NCBI RefSeq assembly: GCF_001194135.2
Contig: NC_068986.1
Coordinates: 116,253,244-116,296,075, forward strand
Reading direction: 5' to 3'
DNA from: Octopus bimaculoides
Taxonomy: Eukaryota
DNA: 42,832 nucleotides
Positions 1-9,810 of this stretch are shown piece by piece. Below the pieces are notes generated by a model that saw only the letters and a list, made by a program, of their open reading frames with translations, did no database searches and was not told the DNA's origin. Each line of letters starts with the position of its first letter. The stretch's first letter is position 1. A program made the position numbers and the translations under genes.

Positions 1-27
1 ATATATATATATATATATATATATATA

Positions 28-183
28 AACGACTGGATTCTTTCAGTTTCCGTCAACCAAATTCACTAACAAGACTTTGGTCGGCTCGAGGTTATAATGG
101 AAGACACTTGCCCAAGATGCCATGCTGTGGAAATGAACTCGGGACCATATGATTGGGAAAGAAACTTTTTACTACACAACTAA
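28..183 (-). mobile_element. tRNA-derived SINE (family A, CORE-like), 5' half, diverged
   Basis: Aligns by eye to 6600-6756 (ctttcagtttcc...ctttggtcggc...gaagacacttgcccaag); abuts the (TA)n run at 1-27, which matches the family's internal microsatellite. Confidence 0.85.
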
Positions 184-736
184 GTTGTGATATCAGGAAT
201 ACCTTGTTACTATTTCTAACAAACTGATGGATCAAATAAAAACTCCGTCTGAGGCCCACGTCGGTCTTAATGATAATATTGGTAATATTTTTGGTGTGGT
301 TATGTATTACCGAGTCATCCCTGATCAAAAGCGCTCTAGACTTGACCATCCCGTCAATGTATTCAATGTATTCTTCCGATGCATAAAATGGGTTTAAGTA
401 AATTATGGATGTTATTTGTAACAAACCGAATGCTGTGTCTCCTTCATTGATTCATCGTCATAACGGTGACTTTAGGACCAAATAAAGGACGGCGTTGGTA
501 AAATTTCACAGCGAGGCCCTATTGGTAAGGATATGGGGCTGTATATTTTTATGCGGAAGGGCGTCAATGCAGTGTGGCATGCGTTACTAAGAATAGCTGG
601 GTCTTAAGTCTCTGCCTGCCACACTGAGAAATGTATTCCTAGATAAACTGTGGTTGAATAACAAAAGATGAGTTAGATAAAAGTGGAACACGTTTGAGAG
701 TAGTCTGCAATGGATCAAATCTGAATTGAGGCTACG

Positions 737-771
737 CTGCAACAACAACAGTAACAACAACAGCAACAACA

Positions 772-839
<68 letters not shown>

Positions 840-869
840 CACCACCACCACCACCACCACCACCACCAT
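737..869. repeat. Compound trinucleotide microsatellite (CAA)n-(CAC)n-(TAC)n-(CAC)n
   Basis: Directly visible; source of the poly-V/G/S ORFs in the track. Confidence 0.97.
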
Positions 870-1344
870 CGGATCTCTGTGTGCCTTTAGCAATGTTAAT
901 ACTATTGCAAGCATTCAAACTCGAAATCGCACCGATTGTTGTATTCCGGTTAACTTTTGAATGCAAAATAAAAAGCGTGCGACTTAAGGAACAGAATTTC
1001 CATGAGTGGACACCATCGACCCAAAGCAACAGTCACATCTTTCTCCAACTCTCTTTAAAAGAAAGTTACACATTAAATAATGCATTTCTAAATCGTAGCG
1101 CAGTGTGATCTCGTCCGCCCTGTATTGTATCCCAGGTGACCGCACCTCTCCTTAAACGTAACTCACCTTCGACTACAGTGAACACCCGTATGTAAAGTGA
1201 ACATTTATTCTTCACATACCCTGCATACCCCATACTACACTGCTGCTTCTAAAACCCCCTAAAAGACGAGATGGTTAGGGTTGAAATACGTTTGCATATA
1301 AACCGACTCGGTCAGAGTTGACATGGAGGAGACTAAATATTCAT

Positions 1345-1405
1345 GATAACAACACCATCATCATCATCAACAACACCATCATCATAATCGACATTGTCGC
1401 TATCG

Positions 1406-1468
<63 letters not shown>

Positions 1469-1497
1469 TCATCAGTAATAGCAACATCGACAGTAAC
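1345..1497. repeat. Compound microsatellite (CAT)n-(CAG)n with CAA/AAC variants
   Basis: Directly visible. Confidence 0.95.
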
Positions 1498-2473
1498 AAG
1501 AAGAAAGAAAAGTGTAGAATATAGGAAAGCTTTTTCAGACTCTTGGCGATTGATGTCTGCTCTCAGTTTGACCGTAGTTTTAGTCACGCCAGTAAACTTT
1601 TGTCTAAAATATGGAAGCATGTTCATCAATCACTCCAATACAATTTTCACAACGCTGAGATCACCAATCGTAGCTATCTTCCATTAATTCCATGTATTAA
1701 AGAAGGATGAAATAGTTTTTGAAATCAATATTCAGTTTGTGTTATTCTCTGCACTATTGCCTGGCTCATTTCATTTAGTGAAGAGAGGCGACCGACAGAC
1801 CAGTTTAGATGTTTCAGTGACAGAATTTCTTTCAATTCGTTCAATCATGTCTGTGGTTTGTTGTTGTAGCTATTATGGTCATCCATATATTTAGACATCA
1901 CTGAATGCTTCATTTGCAGTTCTCGACAAATGTCGGAATCAAATTAGAGATAATCACGTGTTGTTGCGAGGTTTCGGTTTCTTCCTTCAGTTCCATTTAC
2001 ACTGCACTAAAAATGGATATTTGAGCCCATCATAGGTCTTTAGTAAGCAAAAAGACAACAACAACAGATAGAGAAATCAAGCAACCGAAGAAGAAGGCAA
2101 AGAAGCAAGCATCGCAAAAACAAGGCGAAATAGAAGAGAATCTGCGCAATGCAATATTGGTTTTATAATTTAAATCTCATCTGAGACATAAATATCGTTA
2201 TCGATCGATTAAAGCAAACAACATTTAAACATAGCAATGAGAGAGCGTCTGCGCGGTTGGATCAACCTGCTAGAAATGGTAGCTAAATCTTTCTCAACAC
2301 ACAACCTGCTATTTCTGAAACCAAAAAGGAAACAGGAGAAAGAAAAACAGCATTCGATAATGCTTAGTATACAAAAGAGATGGTCATGAAAAGATTGGCT
2401 GCTCAATATAAACAGCATTATACAGCTATATATTACAAAAAGACCGAAGCCCTACGATTGAAGCACTTTTGAA

Positions 2474-2620
2474 GGCGCATGGCTTAAGGGTTAGGGTGTT
2501 CGACCCATTACCACAAGGTATTAGATTCAAAATCTGTATCGGGAGGCACGTTGTGTCCTTGAGCAAGGCACTCCATTTCACGGTGTTCCAGTTAACTGAA
2601 CTAAAAATGAATCCCAGCCG
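2474..2620 (+). mobile_element. tRNA-headed SINE with CORE-like body, diverged
   Basis: A-box-like ggcgcatggcttaagggttagg, decayed B-box (agattcaaaatc), then gttgtgtccttgagcaaggcact, which resembles the CORE consensus GTGACCTTGGGCAAG (recalled). Confidence 0.65.
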
Positions 2621-2802
2621 AGTGCTGTAGCAGCCCTTTCTCCCTCCAGCTGTCGCGTTCTCGATGTTTCACTAGCTCAAGATTGATAAAACGATCAGTA
2701 TGACTACGTCTGCTCTCCACTATATAGGCACCTAAAACAATTAGCGAAAACACGGTACACATTGTAAAGCCATACTTGCTCACGAATGACGGCTGGCTGA
2801 AC

Positions 2803-3077
2803 TGTTGTTGTTGTTGGCACTCCGTCGCTTACGACGTCGAGGGTTCCAGTTGATCCGATCAAGGGAACAGCCTGCTCGTGAAATTAACGTGCAAGTGGCT
2901 GAGCACTCCACAGACATGCGTGATATTCGGGGATATTCAGCGTGACACAGTGTGACAAGGCTGACCCTTTGAATTACAGGCACAACAGAAACAGGAAGTA
3001 AGAGTGAGAGAAAGTTGTGGTGAAAGAGTACAGCAGGGTTCGCCACCACCCCCTGCCGGAGCCTCGTGGAGCTTTAG
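2803..3077 (-). mobile_element. SINE family B (tRNA-Arg-like head family), body and (AAC)n tail; runs into a gap
   Basis: Reverse complement is nearly identical to 42365-42580; ends in gacggagtgcca followed by an aacaacaac tail. Confidence 0.9.
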
Positions 3078-3601
3078 NNNNNNNNNNNNNNNNNNNNNNN
3101 NNNNNNNNNNNNNNNNNNNNNNNNNNNNNNNNNNNNNNNNNNNNNNNNNNNNNNNNNNNNNNNNNNNNNNNNNNNNNNNNNNNNNNNNNNNNNNNNNNNN
3201 NNNNNNNNNNNNNNNNNNNNNNNNNNNNNNNNNNNNNNNNNNNNNNNNNNNNNNNNNNNNNNNNNNNNNNNNNNNNNNNNNNNNNNNNNNNNNNNNNNNN
3301 NNNNNNNNNNNNNNNNNNNNNNNNNNNNNNNNNNNNNNNNNNNNNNNNNNNNNNNNNNNNNNNNNNNNNNNNNNNNNNNNNNNNNNNNNNNNNNNNNNNN
3401 NNNNNNNNNNNNNNNNNNNNNNNNNNNNNNNNNNNNNNNNNNNNNNNNNNNNNNNNNNNNNNNNNNNNNNNNNNNNNNNNNNNNNNNNNNNNNNNNNNNN
3501 NNNNNNNNNNNNNNNNNNNNNNNNNNNNNNNNNNNNNNNNNNNNNNNNNNNNNNNNNNNNNNNNNNNNNNNNNNNNNNNNNNNNNNNNNNNNNNNNNNNN
3601 N

Positions 3602-3765
3602 CTTCTTCTTCTTCTTCTTCTTCTTCTTCTTCTTCTTCTTCTTCTTCTTCTTCTTCTTCTTCTTCGTCGTCGTCGTCGTCGTCGTCGTCGTTCCCCTCCT
3701 CCTCCTTCTCCTCCTCCTCATCATCATCATCATCATCGTCGTTGTCATCATCATCGTTGTCATCG
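3602..3765. repeat. Compound microsatellite (TCT)n-(TCG)n-(TCC)n-(TCA)n
   Basis: Directly visible after the gap; source of the poly-E/D/S/L ORFs. Confidence 0.97.
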
Positions 3766-4416
3766 TATTTTTGTTTTCCCTTATCTTCTTTAAGCTCAGG
3801 GTTGGACACAATGGTTCGACACCTTCAGATATCTTGAAGAATTCGCAGGAATGTCACTTGCTAGTGCGACAAGGTAACTGGAATGATTTCTTCGATGCAC
3901 GCTGCGAGTGTGTGGGAGTGGCCGTTAGGAGCGAAGGATGTAAAAATCTCACAGACCTGTAAACGCCGAACAAGTAGCAGCTGAATTTTCCGAAAGAAAA
4001 TCCTTAATTCACGATAATTTGGACTATAAAAATCTGCAAGACCTTAAAAGTTGAAGATGAGAAAAACGATATGCTTTCCTTCACAAGCTGTCCACCACGT
4101 ATGTGGCCGGTCAAAATTTGTTCTGAATTAAAAAGCGAGAGAGAAGAACGTAGATACATACAAACATACATGCATAACAACTACGATATAACTTTTACAG
4201 CAAGTTGGACAAAGGCGTTATGCATTATATAACACTTTACAACCCCACAGTTGGATGAAATAAGACATGTCATATTAGCAGTGTATTGTCTTCACAGCCA
4301 GGCGAACTGAGATGTTTCATATTAAGGCTGTTTCCAAATACACGGCAAAGTTATGTTCTCGTATTCGAACCTTGCACTTGCGTTGGCACTTCATGAAATG
4401 GTTCTCTTGAACACCA

Positions 4417-4768
4417 TTATTTTACCCCCACCTTAGTGAAGGTGAAGGCACCATTTTCAGTCGTGCTTGTTTGTTTGTCAGTGGATTCGGATGAAACTTT
4501 CAGGGATGTTTGTTTTCGTGACTGGCGCGAACTGATTAAAGTTTGGGATTGATCCACTATCAGACAAGGATTCTGGGTTATTTTTCCTATTTTCCTATTT
4601 TTTCACTTAATTTTTGAGGGCAGTCGGGTTCATTTCTTGTATTCTTATTTGCGAGAGCATTCATGTTTATTTCAGATATTTTCATTTTAAAAAATCATCT
4701 CCGGCTAATCGTTGAGAGGACGTTGGTGTTGCCTTGACGGAGGTTTGCACTCTCTGAGTGCTCTTGTT
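4417..4768 (+). mobile_element. Non-autonomous Helentron-type (DINE-1/HINE-like) element
   Basis: T-rich 5' flank; 5' inverted repeat CACCTT-agtg-AAGGTG (4429-4444); short (GTTT)n tract; 3' subterminal ccttgacggaggt; 3' hairpin GCACTC-tct-GAGTGC (4747-4761) then tcttgtt. This matches the known HINE/DINE-1 architecture. Confidence 0.7.
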
Positions 4769-4796
4769 CCTTTTGTAATTTTCCTTATGATGTCAC

Positions 4797-4842
4797 TACA
4801 GCACGTAATAGCAGTACGACAGTAGCGCTATTACGTGCTGTA
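4797..4842. repeat. Perfect 16-bp inverted repeat, TA-bounded
   Basis: TACAGCACGTAATAGC (4797-4812) and GCTATTACGTGCTGTA (4827-4842) with a 14-nt spacer. Confidence 0.95.
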
Positions 4843-5279
4843 AGGATACAACAGCGGTGTTGTACATACACTTCAGCGTCATTGATATTAAATAGTCATT
4901 AGAAAATTTACTCTTTTGCACTAATTAGCAAACATGAAACTGGAGCGAAGTACGTTCCGTTCTCTACAGAATTTTAGGCGAGTGCGCGCGCAGAAATGCA
5001 CATACGTACAAGCACGTGCACATGAACTCCCACACATACAACTACATTCTAATACAATTACACACAGTCATAAAGGCACAAATACACGTAAGCAACCATG
5101 CACAAATATATACACATTCATTTTCTTATACTTGCATTGTCAACATGTGGTTACTAATAAATTTAGTTAATTGCTAATAAATATTAACACTGTGTATTAG
5201 TGTATATTCATATGTATGTATGTATGTATGTATGTATAATACACATACACATAACATAATATAATGTGATATATATATG

Positions 5280-5316
<37 letters not shown>

Positions 5317-5752
5317 NNNNNNNNNNNNNNNNNNNNNNNNNNNNNNNNNNNNNNNNNNNNNNNNNNNNNNNNNNNNNNNNNNNNNNNNNNNNNNNNNNNN
5401 NNNNNNNNNNNNNNNNNNNNNNNNNNNNNNNNNNNNNNNNNNNNNNNNNNNNNNNNNNNNNNNNNNNNNNNNNNNNNNNNNNNNNNNNNNNNNNNNNNNN
5501 NNNNNNNNNNNNNNNNNNNNNNNNNNNNNNNNNNNNNNNNNNNNNNNNNNNNNNNNNNNNNNNNNNNNNNNNNNNNNNNNNNNNNNNNNNNNNNNNNNNN
5601 NNNNNNNNNNNNNNNNNNNNNNNNNNNNNNNNNNNNNNNNNNNNNNNNNNNNNNNNNNNNNNNNNNNNNNNNNNNNNNNNNNNNNNNNNNNNNNNNNNNN
5701 NNNNNNNNNNNNNNNNNNNNNNNNNNNNNNNNNNNNNNNNNNNNNNNNNNNN

Positions 5753-5803
<51 letters not shown>

Positions 5804-6129
5804 GCACACGCAAATGCTTGCATGAGGTATAAAATTACAATCTTGTTAATGCGTGCTTATAAATTAAGAATAATTACCAAAATATCTGAACTGGCGATGA
5901 GAAAACTTCAAAAGACGAAATTTGGTGGGAACAGAACGAAAACCTATACTTTTTGACGTTATTCATTAACAAATACTAATTAACACTGGACCTTAATAAA
6001 CTGGGGTCTCATCGAATCCATTCATCACATCGTTTAGTACATGTGATAGCAACAAGCAATTTGATCTCATACTCACATCCCCTCCCCCCTCCCCCCTCTC
6101 TTCCTTTCTATCCATTTAATCCCACAGTA

Positions 6130-6300
6130 TTACTGTGCGAGTCCCATACTTTATCTTTGTCTCTCTGACTCTCTCTGCCTCTCTCTCTCACTCTCTTATT
6201 CTCTCTCCTTCTCACACTCTTGTAATCTTTTTCTCTCTCTTTTTCTCTCACCCCTCCCTCTCTCTCTCCCTCTCTATCTGTCTCTCTGTCTCTTACTCTC
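6130..6300. repeat. Degenerate (CT)n polypyrimidine tract
   Basis: Directly visible. Confidence 0.9.
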
Positions 6301-6341
6301 TTTTGTGTAAATATATAAAAAAAAAACAATTGTAATAAATA

Positions 6342-6756
6342 TACTCTCTTTACTCTTTTACTTGTTTCAGTCATTTGATTGTGGTCATGCTGGAGCACCT
6401 CCTTTAGTCGAGCAAATCGACCCCAGGACTTATTTTTTGTAAGCCTAGTACTTATTCTATCGGTCTCTTTTTCCGAACCGCTAAGTTACGGGGATATAAA
6501 CACACCAGCATCGGTTGTCAAGTGATGTTGGGGGGACAAACACAGACACACAAACATATACACACACATACATATATATATATACATATCCATATATACG
6601 ACGGGCTTCTTTCAGTTTCCATCTACTAAATCCACTCACAAGGCTTTGGTCGGCCCGAAGCTATAGTAGAAGACACTTGCCCAAGGTGCCACGCAGTGGG
6701 AATGAACCCGGAACCATGTGGCTGGTAAGGAAGCTACTTACCACACAGCCACTCCC
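6342..6756 (-). mobile_element. Apparently full-length tRNA-derived SINE (family A) with internal (CA/TA)n tract
   Basis: On the - strand: A-box TGGCTGTGTGG (6741-6751), B-box GGTTCATTCCC (6698-6708), CORE-like gcaccttgggcaagtgtctt, internal microsatellite at ~6545-6600, tail of gagtaaa-like repeats. Partial copies at 28-183, 29730-30003 and 41820-41960. Confidence 0.9.
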
Positions 6757-7054
6757 ATTTAGTTTGGAGGTGGAGACAAGATCCCATGACTTTTACAGAC
6801 GATCTCGCTCCACCTCCAGCTTGGGGAAGTCTATGCGAGAATGTTCAAGGTTTAAATTGAAGTTTGTACATTCGGCATGAATTGCAGGGAGGAAGAAAGA
6901 CGGGTCAAAGTGTTTAGCGCAGAATTTTTGTCTTTCAAGTTTGTAGCGGCGGGAAGGTGGCACACACTCTGCTGGTCAAAAGAACATGAAAAGGGGAACA
7001 TCAAATAGGGTTAGATGTGAGTTGTATAGAACTTAATGGATCAGGGCCTTGGAA

Positions 7055-7240
7055 ACCATTGCTGTTGTTGTTGTCTCAGTTCGCCTCTGACTGAGCAGGT
7101 GTATGATAAAAAATTTGATGATGCGAAACATTCCAGCTGTGGCCATCGCACGTCTTTTTTCTAATTGTATAGTTTGGACTTTACGCAATATGCATTTTCG
7201 ACGCAAGAGGTGCTTTGAAGGAGATTTGGCAGCTATTTCA
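7055..7240 (-). mobile_element. 3' tail fragment of a SINE (family C-associated tail), diverged
   Basis: Shares ccagc(c/t)gtg(a/g)ccatc and ggagatttggcagctatttc motifs with 20140-20220, 25905-26045 and 38450-38530; ends in (AAC)n on the - strand. Confidence 0.6.
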
Positions 7241-7399
7241 ATCTTGTAGAGCCCACATAGAGGTTTACCCACTGGAGAAAACTCAGTAGTAGTAGTAGAA
7301 GATGTACAGAGATGGCACATTGTATCTTAGAACTAATTCTCTGGTGTGCTGTTGATTAATTCATTCTTTGGATGGCATTTGTATTGGAGATGATCGACA

Positions 7400-7620
7400 C
7401 ATGTTTTGCATGTTAGCTAAAGAAGTTTTGGTTATAATCTAAACAAGATTTCGAAGTCATCTTAAGGTGACCTAAATATGTTTGCAATGCCGTCCAAAGT
7501 TTTACTGAAAATAGTCTTATTTTGGAAATCGTAAAAATATGCCCTCGATGTGGTCTATGTTTGTCTGATGAGATTTACTGATGTAATCGACATGGTTTAT
7601 ATGTTAGAAAATTACTATTT
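7400..7620 (-). repeat. Degenerate 22-bp minisatellite, reverse orientation
   Basis: Units resembling TTTTGAAGTGGTCTAAACATG (acctaaatatgttt, tctaaacaagatttcgaagt, gatgtggtctatgttt). Confidence 0.55.
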
Positions 7621-7661
7621 TTAAATCTCACAACGCGAGATATTCAGCAACAGTACTTTTG

Positions 7662-8058
7662 AGTAAAGATTGTTTGCCAACATAACATGGCAGTCCTGGT
7701 TTAGAACTAATGTTGCTGTAATTTAGCCCCAGCAGACATCATCTCCAACTGGCTATACGACACGATCTGTGTCCTTATATTTTCGAACAAGGGAATCTAG
7801 CACCCCCACTCAGCTCAAAACAATATCTGTATCGCGATTTCTGGGTTATTTCTCTTCATCAACACAGAATAATTGTTCGGTTAGAGGTGGCGCTGCCGAA
7901 TTCCCGTTCGAAGTATATATATATTTCCTTGTTCGAATATATAAGGACACAGATCGTATCGTATAGCCAGGTGGAGACGATGTCTTCCTGGGGCTAAATT
8001 ACAGCAACATTAGTCCTAAACCAGGACTGCCATGTTATGTTGGCAAACGATCTTTACT
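7662..8058. mobile_element. MITE with ~135-bp terminal inverted arms
   Basis: Left arm 7662-7796 vs reverse complement of 7923-8058: about 9 differences by eye, ~126-bp spacer. Right end followed by AC (TA if the TIR ends one base earlier); left TSD not clean. Confidence 0.85.
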
Positions 8059-8085
8059 ACATGGTTTATATATGTTCAGACTATA

Positions 8086-8670
8086 ACCAAGACATGTTTA
8101 GACCACTTCTAGAATATGTTTAATACATATCGAAAACTTTGTTAGACCACATCGAATGCATGCTTAGACGAATCCAACCAATCCAAAGCATTTTTAGATC
8201 ACGTCAAATACGTGTTTTGATCATATTCAAAACAAATTCACTGCCAAACTAATGTTGATACCACTTCAAAGGCATGCTGAGACCTCATATATAACATGTT
8301 TAAACTACTCAAAGAATGTTTAAATAGCTTCAAAGATATGTTTAGATGACATCCAAAAGCTTGTTAGTTCACATTCAAAACAATTTTTTAAATTCCATCA
8401 AAAATAAATCCAGACGACACTGAAACGTTTAAATGACCTCGAAGGGATATTTAGATTACCGGCAAGAATGTTTAGACTATACCCAATATCAAGTGTAAAC
8501 CAAATTCGAAAGTTGTTTAAATTATGCCCAGACCATGTTTAGACTACTTTCAAAACATGATTACACTTTATCCAAAACATGGTTAGACCACTTCAAAAAC
8601 ATGCTTAAAACAGACGCAAAACATGTTTAAATAACATCCAAACCTGCTTAGGCCGATTCCAAAACAAATG
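8086..8670 (+). repeat. Degenerate 22-bp minisatellite, consensus near AAACATGTTTAGACCACTTC(A/C)A
   Basis: acatg recurs at 8555, 8577, 8599 and 8621, then acctg at 8642, giving a 22-bp period; about 25 units. Confidence 0.85.
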
Positions 8671-8744
8671 TCTTCCAACTGATTGTGAATTATTTCGTCA
8701 CCAACATAATATAGGCTGTTACATACAAGATATAATTGAGGAGT

Positions 8745-9310
8745 GTTTTGGATGTGATTTAAGCATATCTGGAAGGGATCATAACTGGCTTTGGGTGTCG
8801 TCTAAATAGGTTTCAGATTTGGTCTAAACATGTTTTTTTTCAGGGGACCTAAATATCCTTTGGATGAAGTCTAAACACTGCATCATTTGAACATGTTTTA
8901 GATGCCATGCGAAAATATTCTGGATGAAGGCAACCATGTTTCAGATATGATCTTAACATGTCTTCGAAGTGGTTTATGCTTTGGAGTTGCTTGAAAAGTG
9001 GTCTAAACGTGGCCTAAGCAAGTTTTTGAAGTAGTCTAAATATCAGTCTGAAACTAGTCTAAACAGGTTTTGAAATGGTTTCAAGATAATTTGGATGTGG
9101 GCTAAACATGAATTCAGATGGGTTTAAGCGTTCTTTTGATGTAATTACACCAACAAAATGTTTAGATGTAAACACGATTTGGATGTCAGTCATATATTAA
9201 AAGCAGTCTAAGCATGTTTTGCATTTCCTCTTGATACATCAGAAGGTGTCTAAATAGTGTAATCATGTGGTCTAAACATTTCTAAATTGGTCGTTTTAGA
9301 TGTACCAGGA
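8745..9310 (-). repeat. Same 22-bp minisatellite in the opposite orientation
   Basis: Recurrent gtggtctaaacatg / tttgaagtagtctaaa / ggatgtgggctaaacatg, the reverse complement of the 8086-8670 unit. Confidence 0.85.
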
Positions 9311-9624
9311 CAAAGTGAAAGATATGGTGTTGTTAAAATGATTTTGTTTTAGTGTTCTGTAGAGTTGTAGAAGAGTCTGGACTGAATGGGAGAGAGAGTG
9401 GTTTTAGGCATAAGTCATTCAGTTTCACACAGCCCCGCCACCACCAAAACTCTCTTATTAATTTCCGTGACTCAAACAACAACCATCTTATTGTGACACA
9501 GATAATTATTAGCATATCAATCCTCAGTTTTTGCAGCACAAATCATCATCTCCATACCACTAGCCTATTGATTCTGGAGCCTCAGACCTCCTCTGGCTAA
9601 CTAATTCTGTTTACATATTTGCTC

Positions 9625-9810
9625 AAAGGGGAGCAACAGCTTATGGTAGAGTCACTAAGGCGTTGGATAAGAAATGCCACATGGTGCTTGTCCTGAATCT
9701 CTGTACTTCGTGTTCAAATCTCACCGAAGTCATCTTCGCCTTTCCTTCATCCGGGGTCAATACAAAGTAGTGATCGAGGGCAGTGGATGAATGGAAGTCT
9801 TAGATCAATA
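9625..9810 (+). mobile_element. SINE family C (core gcctttcatcctt..ggggtc.ata), diverged
   Basis: gtgttcaaatctcaccgaagtcatcttcgcctttccttcatccggggtcaata matches the reverse complement of 13906-14113 and 26263-26487. Confidence 0.6.

Noticed and set aside
92-424. 110-aa minus-strand ORF and other 60-100 aa ORFs in unique DNA
   Set aside because: No recognisable domains; part of this one overlaps a SINE, and dozens of such ORFs are expected by chance at this base composition.
1273-1283. TTAGGG telomeric motifs here and near 2487, 7008, 22761 and 27855
   Set aside because: Isolated single units, not an interstitial telomeric array.
2036-2475. Lys-rich frame (KQPKKKAKKQASQK) and a longer frame with two stops
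   Set aside because: Weak splice signals, A-rich composition explains the Lys/Glu bias, and there is no recognisable motif.
2937-3837. Long ORFs of 150-500 aa here and across other gaps (e.g. 10581-12095, 34133-35494)
   Set aside because: They consist of N runs and translated microsatellites (CVCV, YIYI, HTHT, poly-E/S/L).
7562-7615. Hammerhead ribozyme core (CTGATGA...stem II...GACA)
   Set aside because: GACA replaces GAAA, and no valid stem III with an NUH cleavage triplet can be built.
8086-9310. CRISPR-like periodic repeats
   Set aside because: The units are contiguous 22-mers without unique spacers, in a eukaryotic context with no cas genes.
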